A stretch of DNA of 64,000 nucleotides from Octopus vulgaris (GCA_951406725.2 OX597818.1:49414001-49478000), one strand, 5' to 3'. Shown: positions 1 through 11,639, counted from the stretch's first letter. Numbers and translations are program-made. The notes: generated from the letters alone by a model not told the origin.

Positions 1-308
1 GAGGAATCTTTACCTATTATATAGTATAAACCGGTTTTACTGGCCATTCTGGGGCACCATCTTTAATGATTCATTTAGTTAATTATACCAAACCCAGTAT
101 TTACATCATGTTTGGTACTTATTTTATGTCTATCTGCTAAGTTACGGGACATAAGGAATGCTAACATAAACTACCCTGGTTTTTAGACTAAATATTTGGG
201 CACGTGCTCATCGTACACACACAAATCTAAAAAGAAAGTAGCTTAAAAGTTAGTGCTATAAATAGGGATAACAATGTCAATGATAAGAGAGATAGTGTAC
301 AGGATATG

Positions 309-309
<1 letters not shown>

Positions 310-346
<37 letters not shown>
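310..346. repeat. (TA)n microsatellite
   Basis: Direct reading. Confidence 0.95.
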
Positions 347-349
<3 letters not shown>

Positions 350-856
350 TCATTGATAAAGAATGTAAACAATAACCTGAATGAAGAAGGGAGATAATTT
401 CAAGAATTTAGAAATGAGAAGAAATCCATGGTTGAAATAACATATTTAGTGGGGAGGAAATAGGGCTAAGACAATTCAGAAAAGGTCAGTGGCATGAATT
501 TGGATACCAAAGTCAAGACGGGGCGTCATATTTAATGCTGTACAAATATATACTCTTAAGATTTCCCTTGTGGACAAAAAAAAAAAAAAAAATCATAATA
601 AACAAAACAAAATGGCACTTATTAGCAATTCTGAATGGTAAAAGGAGATAAATTCATAGTAGAACAAACGTTCTTTGGGAAAAGAACAAACTGATATTTT
701 TGTTTTGGGGATCAGGGGTAGATATGGATATGGTAGGCTTCTGTACAGTTTCTGTCTATCAAATTCCATTCACAAAACATTGGTTGTACACTTGAAAAAT
801 TTCAGCTTTATTCCTTCTCATAAGTGCCATAATAAATAACCAAGAATTCAAGTTTT

Positions 857-1272
857 GGATCTTTTCGGTTTGAACGGCAGTTTTTAACATAATTTCTAGG
901 TAACTAAAAAATTTTAAACTTCGTATACTGGTAGAATGTGTTTATAAAACATCTTTTTCTCTTGGCTTTATTGAGAAAATACTATAGTTTGTAAGATATT
1001 TGTTGTTGTTTTTTCTTCAATTTCTGCAATTTCAACCAATCAGTGATGTCTATTGAGTTAAAAAGCATTCTGTGCCATATGAATGTCCCTCGTTTAAGAA
1101 ACAGATTGGGTTTATTTACATTTGTGAAGAAAAAAAGATACCCTTCCCCCCACCCCTAACCCTAACCCTAAAAGAGATTGAAATGCAATAGATCGATTCT
1201 AGGGTCATAATTATGAGTGACAATTTCATATGACACCGCTAGAAAAAACTGCCGTTCAAACCAAAAAGATCC
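857..1272. mobile_element. Non-autonomous DNA transposon (MITE) with 8-bp TSD, Merlin- or hAT-like
   Basis: TIR GGATCTTTTCGGTTTGAACGGCAGTTTTT / AAAAACTGCCGTTCAAACCAAAAAGATCC; TSD CAAGTTTT at 849-856 and 1273-1280; internal CCCTAA repeats near 1154-1171. Confidence 0.85.
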
Positions 1273-1329
1273 CAAGTTTTTACACTGTAAGAATAGCAGC
1301 TAAATCAAAAAGAACATATGATATACATC

Positions 1330-1386
1330 GGTTTGAACGGCAGTTTTTTCTAGCGGTGTCATATGAAATTGTCACTCATAATTATG
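1330..1386 (-). repeat. Inverted 57-bp perfect copy of the MITE right end (1206-1262)
   Basis: Exact reverse complement by eye, 67-nt spacer. Confidence 0.9.
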
Positions 1387-1631
1387 CGAAAACAAGGTAA
1401 GATGTTCACATCTGGAAGGGTTTTTTTTTTATTAGAGGTCTACTTGATTGCCCTAAATTTGTTTACTTATTTTTATTATTACTTCAAAAGCTATAGAAAA
1501 GTGAAAAATCCTTAATTTTTTTAATAATAATTTTTTTTTTTTTAGTTTTTACTAATTTCTTTAGTTTTGCACTTATTTTCTTTTATTTATTTTTATGAAC
1601 AATCTTTCTCTTTTTTTTTTTTTTGTCCTAG

Positions 1632-1903
1632 GCGTAACCAAACTGGTGAGGAATTTTGTAGTGCAATTGAAAGAAACAAGTGCTGCACCAACAGCAAACC
1701 AATATTTCGATCACGGTCTTTGTCGGCTGTTGAGCAGTCTAACCTCTATCCCGATAGAGGCTCTCCTCCACATAAATCAAATTACGACTTTGGCAAAGTT
1801 GAAAACAGCTTTAAAAACTTTCATATTGGACATGTTTCTTCAGACAGCCGTCACTTTAGCCAACAATGTACCCCACAGAGGAATAAGTTTAATTCTCTTT
1901 TAA
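1632..1903 (+). CDS. Alternative overlapping reading frame (GVTKLVRNF...RGISLILF*), possible C-terminus of a separate or alternative product
   Basis: 90 codons open from the same acceptor in phase 1, amphipathic-helix-like composition, TAA 14 nt before ATG 1918. No homolog recognised. Confidence 0.4.
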
Positions 1904-2939
1904 CTCCTGATAATACAATGATGCAAACATTCATTTATGTGTGTCCTGAGTGTCATTCTGAAAATGCCATGCATGCCCAATATTGCACTTATTGTGGAGA
2001 ATCTTTAACTGAAAGAGCTCAACCAGCTGTCTATCCTCCAGATAGTATGTATACTAACTTCAGAGATGAAGAATTCTCTTATCCTTGTGATATTAATAAT
2101 GATGATAATGTATTTAATGAATCTCTCTCACATGCTAGTTCTTTCCCTAATAGCCATTTGCAGTCTTCCTCCAACTATAGAATCACTAAAGCAACTGGGA
2201 GAAGGCAGTATCAAATTCAGAAAGAGACAAGCCACTCATTTTCTCCTGGGGAACATCGTGCTTTCCATTCTGGAGCCAGTAAATCTGAATGTTATTCTGA
2301 TACAGAGGTTACCCTCAAATCACCATCAACTCATAAAATATCATCCTCTTGTGAGTGGGAAGATTCTTCTCAAGATAATTTAGCAACTCCAATTTTTGCA
2401 ATGGATGAAGAAATGTTGAACCCTGCTGACCAGAGTATTAATTCAGTATCACAGTTGAATTTGAATGATTCTATTCTTGATTGTGGGAGCTTTTCAGAAG
2501 CAGACTTAGAATTAGTCACAACTCAGCAACACCAACTATCAGAAGAGAATTCTGATAAACCCTCAGGCAAATACACTGGAATTAAAGGACCAAGGAAAGT
2601 GTGGAGAAAGCCTAACGCTACTGGTAGTAGTATTGATGGTAGCCGCTTATTTACAGCTAATAGCAATGGAGATAACAAAGTTACTAGTAATAGTCCTGTG
2701 TACCATCGTCACTGGGAAAAATCAAGTTGTGGTTCTACTTCTTACCTTAGGGAACCAAATTTTGTGTCTAATTTAACTTCACAAAAGACTAGAAATAAAT
2801 CAAGTAACAGTGAGAAGTGCAAGGAAACTGAAAACAAACTTGTACCTGGTGGTAATATTTCTAACTTTACTCGTAAAGATCTGAGGAAAGTTGTACAGCA
2901 GAATGGGACTACAAAGAACCGGAAGAAAGTTCATTCCAA
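1632..2939 (+). CDS. FBXL-type gene, large exon: zinc ribbon (CPECHSENAMHAQYCTYCG) plus Ser/Asn-rich low-complexity region
   Basis: Polypyrimidine tract and TAG acceptor at 1629-1631; long open frame (ORF 1567-2943); donor AA|GTAAAA at 2939/2940 gives phase 2, matching the next exon. Candidate start ATGATG at 1918 with A at -3. Confidence 0.8.
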
Positions 2940-3338
2940 GTAAAAAAAAAATTTCTATTTAATTTTTCCATAAAAAAAAAATTCTTGTATACTCGCATGA
3001 TGTCTTTATATAAAAAAAAAATGATTATTTTATTATTATAATGATTTCTTAATTATAGAAGATAAGCTTTTAGTTTTAATCTCACTTTTTGTCTGCTGTT
3101 ATAAGCTAAAACTTTGAGGATTTTTTTTTAACTTTAGCCAGTTTATCAAATATTTATTATTTCTATTATAAATTATGGATTTACTTGGTTTCTAAATATC
3201 AGGCGTCTTTAACAGTTTTCTTTCCATTGTGTATGTAATAGAAATTAATCATAAATATAAAACAATTTTATAATTTACTAATTTTGGCTTCAAGATATTT
3301 ACATTTGCTATATTGCTGTAAATGCTTATAATCTACAG

Positions 3339-3523
3339 GAAAGCTACTCGAGTCTTATCTTTGATGAAGGGCGGAAACCAAGATATTTCCTTGGAGGCTG
3401 AGAAATGTCTGTCAGGTGATGTGTCGATAGATGTTCCTTACTCAGAGCAAATATTACAAGAATCTTCAACAGCTAATGGATTTGAAAATAGCTCATCCTG
3501 TGTGCCAGATTTCATAAAATCAG
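3339..3523 (+). CDS. FBXL-type gene exon (KATRVLSLM...PDFIKS)
   Basis: ctacAG acceptor, CAG|GTAGTG donor, phases 2 to 1 fit both neighbours. Confidence 0.75.
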
Positions 3524-3708
3524 GTAGTGTTACAACAATTGAATATTTGAATAGACAAACAAAGGTTTTTAAGCTTTATTTACTTCCTTTTGAAGAAAGA
3601 GATTAACCTGATTTTTATGATCCTCTATTTATGAACTGATTAGGGTGGTGATACAAACAATAACTTAGTATTTTCTCTGTCTGAGTAGATGCAAGTGGAT
3701 TAGTTGTT

Positions 3709-4007
3709 TTGTTTTGTTTGTTCCTTCTCGAGTCATGCCTGGCTCATAAGGGCCGGTTTCCTTGGTGTATAGGTTCCCCACCCGGACGGGACGCCGGTCC
3801 GTCGCAGGTGATCTGCAAGATGCAGGAGGAAAGAGTGAGAGAAGGTTGTGGCGAAAGAATCAGCAGAGGTTTGCCATTACCTTCCACCGGAGCCGCGTGG
3901 AGCTTAGGTGTTTCGCTCATAAACACACATCGCCCAGTCTGAGATTCGAACCCACAATCCCTCGACTGTGAGTCCGCTGCTCTAACCACTAGGCCATGTG
4001 CCTCCAC
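3709..4007 (-). mobile_element. tRNA-derived SINE with V-domain-like core
   Basis: A box TGGCCTAGTGG and B box GGTTCGAATC on the minus strand; CCTGCGACGGACCGGCGTCCCGTCC core; TSD GATTAGTTGTT. Confidence 0.85.
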
Positions 4008-4287
4008 AGATTAGTTGTTAGGGGTGTTGGACTCACAATCGTAAGATTGTGAGTCCAACACAATTCCTGGACTGGGCAATGCATTGTGTTCATGAGCAAA
4101 ACACTTCATTTCACACTACTCCAGTTCCCTCAGCTGGCAAAAGTGAGTTGTCCAGTGACAAACTGGTGTCCCATCCAGTGGGCAATACATATGCCACAGA
4201 AACCAGAAAACCAGCTTTACATGATTTGGGAAGGAGCTTCAGCCATTTCCTCTCTCTCTCAACCTACATATGTTTGTAGGTATATTA

Positions 4288-4695
4288 CTCTTTTCTCTTT
4301 TACTTGTTTCAGTCATTTGACTGCGGCCATGCTGGAGCACCACCTTTAGTCGAAGAAATCGACCCCAGGACTTATTCTTTCTAAGCCTAGTACTTATTCT
4401 ATCGGTTTCTTTTGCCGAACCGCTAAGTTACGTGGATGTAAACACACCAGCATCGGTTGTCGAGTGATGTTGGGGGACAAACACAGACACACAAACATAT
4501 ACACTGACATACATATATATATATACATATATACGACAGGCTTCTTTCAGTTTCCGTCTACCAAATCCACTCACAAAGCTTTGGTCGGCCTGAGGCTATA
4601 GTAGAAGACACTCGCCCGAAGTGCCATGCAGTGGGACTGAACCTGGAACCATGTGGTTGGTAAGCAAGCTACTTACCATACAGCCACTCCTGTCC
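4288..4695 (-). mobile_element. tRNA-derived SINE, CORE-like family with internal (TA/CA)n
   Basis: Near-identical to copies at 11640, 30050, 30617, 45987, 47421 and 58540. Confidence 0.85.
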
Positions 4696-5435
4696 ATATG
4701 TGTATGGACAGTTGTACTTGCAGCAACAAACAGTTCTTTTTCAATGATTTGTGTTACCTAGGGGTTCCTGGTGGTCTGTTGTGTCCTTGAACAAGACATT
4801 TTACTCCACATCACTTCCATTCACTCAGCTGACAAAAGTGATAGTATTTGTATTTCAAAGGGTCGGCCCTGTCACATTCTGTGTTACACTGAATCTCCCT
4901 AATTATGTTAAGGGTATGCAAAAGGCGGCGAACTGGCAGAAACGTTAGCACGCCGGGTGAAATGCTTAGCAGTATTTCATCTGCCGCTACATTCTGGGTT
5001 CAAATTCCACCAAAGTCAACTTTGCCTTTCATCCTTTCGGGGTAGCCAGGATGCCTTGGTGTGGAAGCAGCAGGGATGGTAGTTAGACACCAAAATACGA
5101 AGGCATTTTCACAGACTCACGATGTCGCTCGCTATCAGAATTCCAGCTCCATGGAGCTGGTCTAAGTTGCGTCATGCCTGGTCAGAAGCCGGGGCCAAAG
5201 AGGATGAATAAGTGGTCAAGCCTAGCTGCTGCTAATGATTGCGCATAAGGGGCTTCCGTCAGATCTCCGGAAAGCTCTAATTCTAGTTCCACAATGGCAT
5301 CTAGAACCAGGTGTCACTACAAGTTTCTAATGCTTCTTGAATCTAGACTTTTCATAGCTCTTGTGCAGCAAGAATATTTGCAAAGATATTGTGTAATTAC
5401 GTCTTTAACTACTCACATAAACAGAATTTTGTCCT

Positions 5436-5640
5436 CCGGTGGCATGTGCACTGTGCCGGTGGCACGTAAAAAGCACCCACTACACTCATGGAGTGGTTGG
5501 CGTTAGGAAGGACATCCAGCCGTAGAAACATTGCCAGATCAGACTGGGCCTGGTGCAGCCTTCTGGCTTCCCAGACCCTAGTTGAACCGTCCAACCCATG
5601 CTAGCATGGAAAGCGGACGCTAAACAATGATGATGATGAT
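5436..5640 (+). mobile_element. 5'-truncated RTE LINE 3' end with (GAT)n tail
   Basis: Matches the 3' UTR that follows RTE coding sequence at 38822-39883. Confidence 0.75.
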
Positions 5641-7331
5641 TGCAATTCTATTTCAAATTTATGCTTTGCCTGTTACTAAGATCAGAAACTCTAGTCTAAT
5701 ATTAGCATTTAATAAATAAGGCCTTTATTGTGATCTCAGTTTAGTGAAATAAGTTCCTTTCAAAAAGCATAAACATGCAAGGTACATCCCTTATGCTGTC
5801 TTATATTGGATAACAAAAAAAAATGAATCCTGAATACTATCTCTCACAAAAAAATCTTTATGATCTGAACCATTGACATCCTCTATCCTTATTGTTTCTT
5901 TTGTATTTACTGTAGTGGAAATTACTCTGCCGTAAATCACCTTAAACTTTTCTGTCTAGATAAGAAGGCAGGCAGTGTTCTAGTTGTTCAACCAACAGAA
6001 CAACCTTTCTATTGAATTATAGTGGAGAGGCTGATTTTCACAGACACTTGTACTTTTAAAGCAAACTTGATGTTCATTCAGCTTTGTATCTCACTGGCCC
6101 TTTGAATTACTGGTACAGTCCATCTGACAGAGTCCCACACAATTTCAATCTTGCTAATTTTGTTCATGAGGCTTGGGCTGACCAGAAGCTCTAGTAGAAG
6201 ACCTTTGCTCAAGGTATCATACAGTGAAACTGAAACTGGGTGTTCTGATTGCAAGATGATCTTGATTTATTCAACTTTGTGTCCATAGATGAATGAGCAA
6301 GCCACATGTACACAAATGTCTGAGCGTGTATGTGCACATGTGCACACAAACACACACACACTCTGCTTGTTTTATAAATAATAAAGAGCAGAAATGATTT
6401 TGAAATGTGTCAGGAAAAATTCCACTCACAACTGCTTTTAATGGAAATCATGTCAACAATAATGAAGCAAATGTTGCTTATATCTCAGATGAGTAGAGAA
6501 AGGAGATGGGGTTATACTCAGAGTAGATGTTTGGTGTCTTGTAATGAAACACAAAAATGGGATCAAATGAGATTGGGTATTATTGATGATAAAAGGATTA
6601 AACTAAATAGGCATTTTAGTAGATTATTTGTGAATGACTGATTTGATGTGGAATCAGAAAGAACCAGAATTAAAAAGAAATTTAGTTTTTTGTTCCCCAT
6701 CCCCTCCAATCTTGTTTTTGTCAGAATTTCTAGTCCTAGAAATTACTTTTGAGTTGTGTGAAATAATACTAGTCAGCCATGTATGAGAATTGAGTATTTT
6801 ATAAAAATGATTACTGGTTATATTCTTTTGCTGGAAAGTTGTGGGTTTTCAGGAACTTTGGACATTAATTTTCCTTTGTGCAAATTCTGCACTTTTAAAG
6901 ATAAATTGTATTGCTATTTAGAGAAGTTGGTTATTTTGGTTATAGTCATGAACTTAATTTAATTTGGAACTGTGACACCTTTAGCCTTATTAGAACTCTT
7001 AAAGTTAAAATCTGTTCAGTTTTTGTGATTGTGATTTTTGGAACTGGAGAGGTTAATGAGAGTTGAGGGTTGTTACTTAGTCCCAGATTAATCCCAAAGA
7101 AGCTAACCTACAATCACTGATATTACAATCATTACCATGTCATCTTTTCTCCTATGGGATGTAATCTGAGAGGGATTTGACTGCGCTTTCCTGCAGGTCG
7201 AACAACCATCTATTGGTTCCCTACAGGAACAGTAAAAGTGGCACTTTTGTTTGCAAGAAAGTTTTGTTTTGTTTTTTAACCAGACAAAACATTTTATTGT
7301 TTTAGAGTTTAAGAAACTGAATTTTACTTTC

Positions 7332-7790
7332 AACTCTTTAGCATTAAATTATTCTGTCAAATGTGACGCTTATTTATTCACATTGTCTTGAATTAATCAT
7401 GCTTTATCTCACAGCTTCAAGATTTTGATGATGTGATTGTATACAGGGTTGGCCAAAAGTCCCCTGACAGTAAATCAAGACCATTTTATTCAAAGATTTA
7501 TTTATGTTTAACAACTGAATGAATTTAATAGAAGCATCTAAATATGAAACATCATGAAAATTGTTCAAACTGCAGTCCTTTTTGAGCGACACATTTTCCA
7601 TTTGAGTCAATACAGAATTGCAGATAGTATTTATGGAGTGTTGATTTACTGTCGGGTGACTTCTGGCCAATCCTGTATTTTTAGGATGACATTTTAGGGT
7701 AGGTGTGAGAGGCCAGATCTAGCCAGTTTAAACATAGAAGAGGTGGAATATTTGGGCCACATATGTCTTGTTTAAATGCCAAAGGGTTAA
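7332..7790. mobile_element. piggyBac-type MITE containing a nested Tc1/mariner-type MITE (7444-7675)
   Basis: Outer right end AAAGGG+TTAA with degenerate left end; inner TIR CAGGGTTGGCCAAAAGTC..TGACAGTAAATCAA and its reverse complement, flanked by TA. Confidence 0.7.
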
Positions 7791-7880
7791 ATGTTGAAGT
7801 TTTCCAGGTTTTTTTTTTTTTTTTTTTTTTCTTCTTCAATGTTCTCTTTTTAATCTTTTGAAAATTTTCATTAATTGCAG

Positions 7881-7912
7881 ACTCCGAGGCTAATGGCTGT
7901 TCTGAATCTGAG
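7881..7912 (+). CDS. FBXL-type gene 32-nt micro-exon (DSEANGCSESE)
   Basis: ttgcAG acceptor, GAG|GTTAGT donor; required to convert phase 1 to phase 0 before the F-box exon. Confidence 0.75.
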
Positions 7913-8756
7913 GTTAGTTTCATTTTTCATTTTCTTTTTTTTTTCTTTCCACACATCTTCAAATGTATAAGAAGGTACCAATAATTATGCAATAAAGTTA
8001 CTGGAATATTTATCATACAGTCATGAGTCAAGTTTGTATTTTGCTTCAGAGCCTCAGTCTCACAGCAGATTCCATCTCTGAATTTGCAATTAGATGATTA
8101 ACTGTTGGAAAGTCTTGGAATTATATAGAAAAAATTTTCACCAAATTTCTTCAATAAAAGCTATTATAGGAAGCGTGGTACATACTTGTTATCTAGATCC
8201 AGGTAAGCGCTGAGTGAGCAAGTTTAAGTTATAACCATCTAATCTTTAAGATAGTAGGATGCAATTTCAGGAAAATTCGACTGCTGTTTCTTGTACATTG
8301 ACAATATAGAGGTTGTCATTGGCTGCAAAAAAAAAAAAAAAAAAGAAAAGGAGCTGCTTGAATTCTCATTCTTTCACTACATTATACCACTGAATAAAGA
8401 TTCCTTTTCTATGAATCTTTATTCAGTTCTCCATCGAGACTTAAAGGTCTTTGAATTTTATATGAATTTAAAACATTAAATTCTTACCATATTACTTGTT
8501 TATACATAATTTCTATTTTATTGTACTTCACTTCGGGAAATTGTTTGCTAGATCCCAAGTTGTGAAGATGATGCGAAAATGGTTTAATATTATTTGATTA
8601 CAAAGAAATATTAAAGCATATTTAATTAAATCATATTTATGTAATTAAGAGATGAAGCTAAAAGCTGTTAATTATTCCATATGGATTTCCACTTGTAATT
8701 TTTTTTTATTAATCTTTTAATTAATTTACTATATTATGTTAAACATTATATTTTAG

Positions 8757-8907
8757 AAAGTACAATCAAGGAATTCAACCTACCCTTGGCAACACCTACC
8801 TGATGAAATTTGGTTGCAAATATTTTCCAATCTTAGCAATCATGCTAGATTCCATTGTGCACTGGTATCAAAACGATTTAACCGTATTATTCAAGATGAA
8901 TCTCTAT
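8757..8907 (+). CDS. F-box exon (PWQHLPDEIWLQIFSNLSNHARFHCALVSKRFNRIIQDESLW)
   Basis: Canonical F-box signature LPDEI..IF..L......VSKRF......D.SLW; ttttAG and GTGAGT splice sites. Confidence 0.95.
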
Positions 8908-9088
8908 GTGAGTTGATGTTTCTTATTCTTTCTTTGCTTCTCTAAATTTACATTTCCTCACCAAAAAAATGTCTTCTATTATTCCCGATTCATGTAAGCT
9001 ACATTGATCATTTAATCCTTTCATCTTTTACTTGTTTAAGTCCTTGGACTGCAGCCATTGAAGGGTTTTAGTCAAACAAATCGACCCT

Positions 9089-9326
9089 GGCGGCAAGCTG
9101 GCAGAAACGTTAGCATGCCGGGCGAAATCCATAGCAGTATTTCGTCTGCTGCTACGTTCTGAGTTCAAATTCCGTCATGGTTGACTTTGCCTTTCATCCT
9201 TTTGGGGTCGATAAATTAAGTACCAATTATGCACTGGGATCGATGTAATCGACTTAATCCCTTTGTCTGTCCTTGTTTGTCCCCCCTACGTTTAGCCACT
9301 TGTGGGCAATAAAGTAAAAAAAAAAA
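9089..9326 (+). mobile_element. MetaSINE-like tRNA SINE inserted into an older CORE-like SINE (about 9020-9640, minus)
   Basis: GCCTTTCATCCTTTTGGGGTCGATAAATTAAGTACC core; TSD ATCGACCCT. Confidence 0.8.
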
Positions 9327-10471
9327 GATCGACCCTAGTACTTATTTTTTTAGCCTGAGATTTGTTATATCAGTCTCTTTTGTCATATTACTTGGTTATT
9401 GAGATGTAAAGAAACCAACACCAGTTGTCAAGTGATGGTGGAGGACACAAAGAGATACACACAAACACATATATACATGATAGGCTTCTACGTAGTTTCT
9501 GTTTACCAAATTCCCTCACGAGGTATTGGTTGACTCAGGGCTGTAGTAGAAGACACTTATTCAAGGTGCTGTGCAATGGGGATGAACTTGAAGCCTTGCA
9601 ATTTCAAAGCAAGTCTTTAACCACACATCCATGCCTGAGCCTATTCATTTTCTTACTATCTGCTTCACTACAGTTTCCCACTCACTGTGGCAGTCTTTTA
9701 ATTCACTTAAATTGTGCCTATAACAGAGCTTGAGTAAATTAAAATTTCTTGCATGAAAACATTACTATAGCAACCTATGTGGTATTGCTACTGGCTCTAT
9801 GATACAAAACTATTCATTTTAAAGCATTCTCATTTAAATTAAAGGCTTCAATTACAGTTTTATCTGAGAACTCTGTTACAGACACCATCTCTCTTTTACT
9901 TGTTACAGTCATTTGACTGCAGCCATACTGGAGCACCACCTTTAATGTTAATTTTTTTTAACTATAGGTTCAAGGTCTGAAATTTTAGTAGGAAGGTGCT
10001 AGTTGATTACATTGCCTCTAGTGCTCAACTGATACTTATTTTATTGACCCCAAAAGGCAAAAAGAGAAAAGTCAGTCTCAGTAGAATTTGAACTCAGTGT
10101 CAAGATGAACAAAATGCTACTAAGCATTTTGTCCACTATGCAATAATTAATAATTTTACTAAATTCACCACCACCACCAAATTCTTGACTATTTTCAAAC
10201 TGAATTGCTAAAAAAAAACAAAAAGCAGTATATTTTATTAAAAATGTGGTCTTCATGTTGTAAAGACGCAACACATATTCTTTAAATTTGAGAACCTAAA
10301 CTACCACACAAGCATTTTCATTTCATGTTTGTGTGATTGGTTACTGCTGTAAAAAATACAAATGTTTTGATTTGTAGAGTTATTGACATAAATGGATATG
10401 AAAGACTGATGTAAGAACTTTCAATAAAAATAAACTATCAATTATCTCCATAAACATTGTATTTCCATAGG

Positions 10472-10474
<3 letters not shown>

Positions 10475-10532
<58 letters not shown>
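10475..10532. repeat. (TA)n microsatellite
   Basis: Direct reading. Confidence 0.95.
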
Positions 10533-10535
<3 letters not shown>

Positions 10536-10721
10536 AATATAAATTTTTGAATAGTACAACAATACACTATAGTACAGACAATGGGCTATATACCTGTTGT
10601 AATTTAGTCAACCATAGTCTGATATGATATTTCAGAATAATATTCCTTCAGATATTCTTAGATAGTCTGTATTATATATATCCAGCATATCAAAAAATAC
10701 CTTTAAAGGTTAAATTTATAA

Positions 10722-10962
10722 ATAATTTACAAGATAAGGGCAGAAGAAAAATTCTAATGTCAAATATGCTGAAACAAAAAATTGTCGATAACCATTATAA
10801 TTTGTGTGTCTCGAAACAAACCGATAGAAATCTCTAAAAGAATTTTTTAGAGATTTCTATTGGTTTGTTTCGAGACACATAAATTATAATGGTTATTGAC
10901 AACTTTTTGTTTCGGCATATTTGGCATTAGAATTTTTCTTCTGCCCTTATCTTGTAAATTAT
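10722..10962. repeat. Near-perfect 241-bp palindrome in an intron
   Basis: Arms of about 119 bp are reverse complements with a 3-nt loop near 10841-10843. Confidence 0.92.
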
Positions 10963-11138
10963 ATATATATATATATTTGTAGTTCAGCTTCCGTTCATGT
11001 TATAGCTTTTTCCTTTTATAATTATAGAACATTTTTTTTTTAAGGTTTGAGATTTTGTATTAGTTTCATGTTTGTATTTCAAATGTACAAAAATAAAGTA
11101 CTTTCTCAGCAACACCAACACCTTTTTTTCTTTTTCAG

Positions 11139-11299
11139 GGCACCATATCACTTTAGAGAAAAAATGCCTGCAAGATGATTGGTTACTAAGGATTTCTCAA
11201 CTTCATCCTTCTAGATTAGAGTTCATTCAGTGTCATGGCGATAAAGTGACTGCTGCTGGATTGAGTTATCTATTTAAAGAATGTGCTAATTCTCTAATG
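11139..11299 (+). CDS. FBXL-type gene exon (WHHITLEKK...KECANSLM)
   Basis: tttttcAG acceptor, ATG|GTATGT donor, completes the Trp codon ending the F-box. Confidence 0.9.
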
Positions 11300-11639
11300 G
11301 TATGTTTATGGCTTCTATTTCAGACTTAAGATTAGGTGAACTGTATAAAAATCATCATCCTCATCATTTAGCGTCTGCTTTCCATGCTGGCATGGTTTGA
11401 TTGAAACAGGAGAGCTGCACCACATTCCAATCTGATTTGGCATGGTTTCTATAGCTGGATGCCCCTCCTAATGCCAACCCCCTCCAAGAGAGTAATGGGT
11501 GCTTTTTGTGTGCCACAGAATGGGCTTCAGTTACATGACACCTTCATCAGCCACAACTATGATTTTACATGGCTTGACGAGTTTTCTCAGGCATGATAAG
11601 AAATATATAAAAATAACCAAACTAAATATATAAATTATA

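Noticed and set aside
1154-1171. Chromosome end or telomere fusion site
   Set aside because: Only about three CCCTAA units, internal to a MITE.
1567-1631. N-terminus MHLFSFIYF... of the 458-aa ORF
   Set aside because: Starts at TTG inside the intron polypyrimidine tract; the exon begins at 1632.
2066-2383. 105-aa hydrophobic ORF in the +1 frame of the large exon
   Set aside because: I/L/M/V richness is the expected shadow of T-ending codons in the main frame; no separate splice entry. This also tempers confidence in the 1632-1903 frame.
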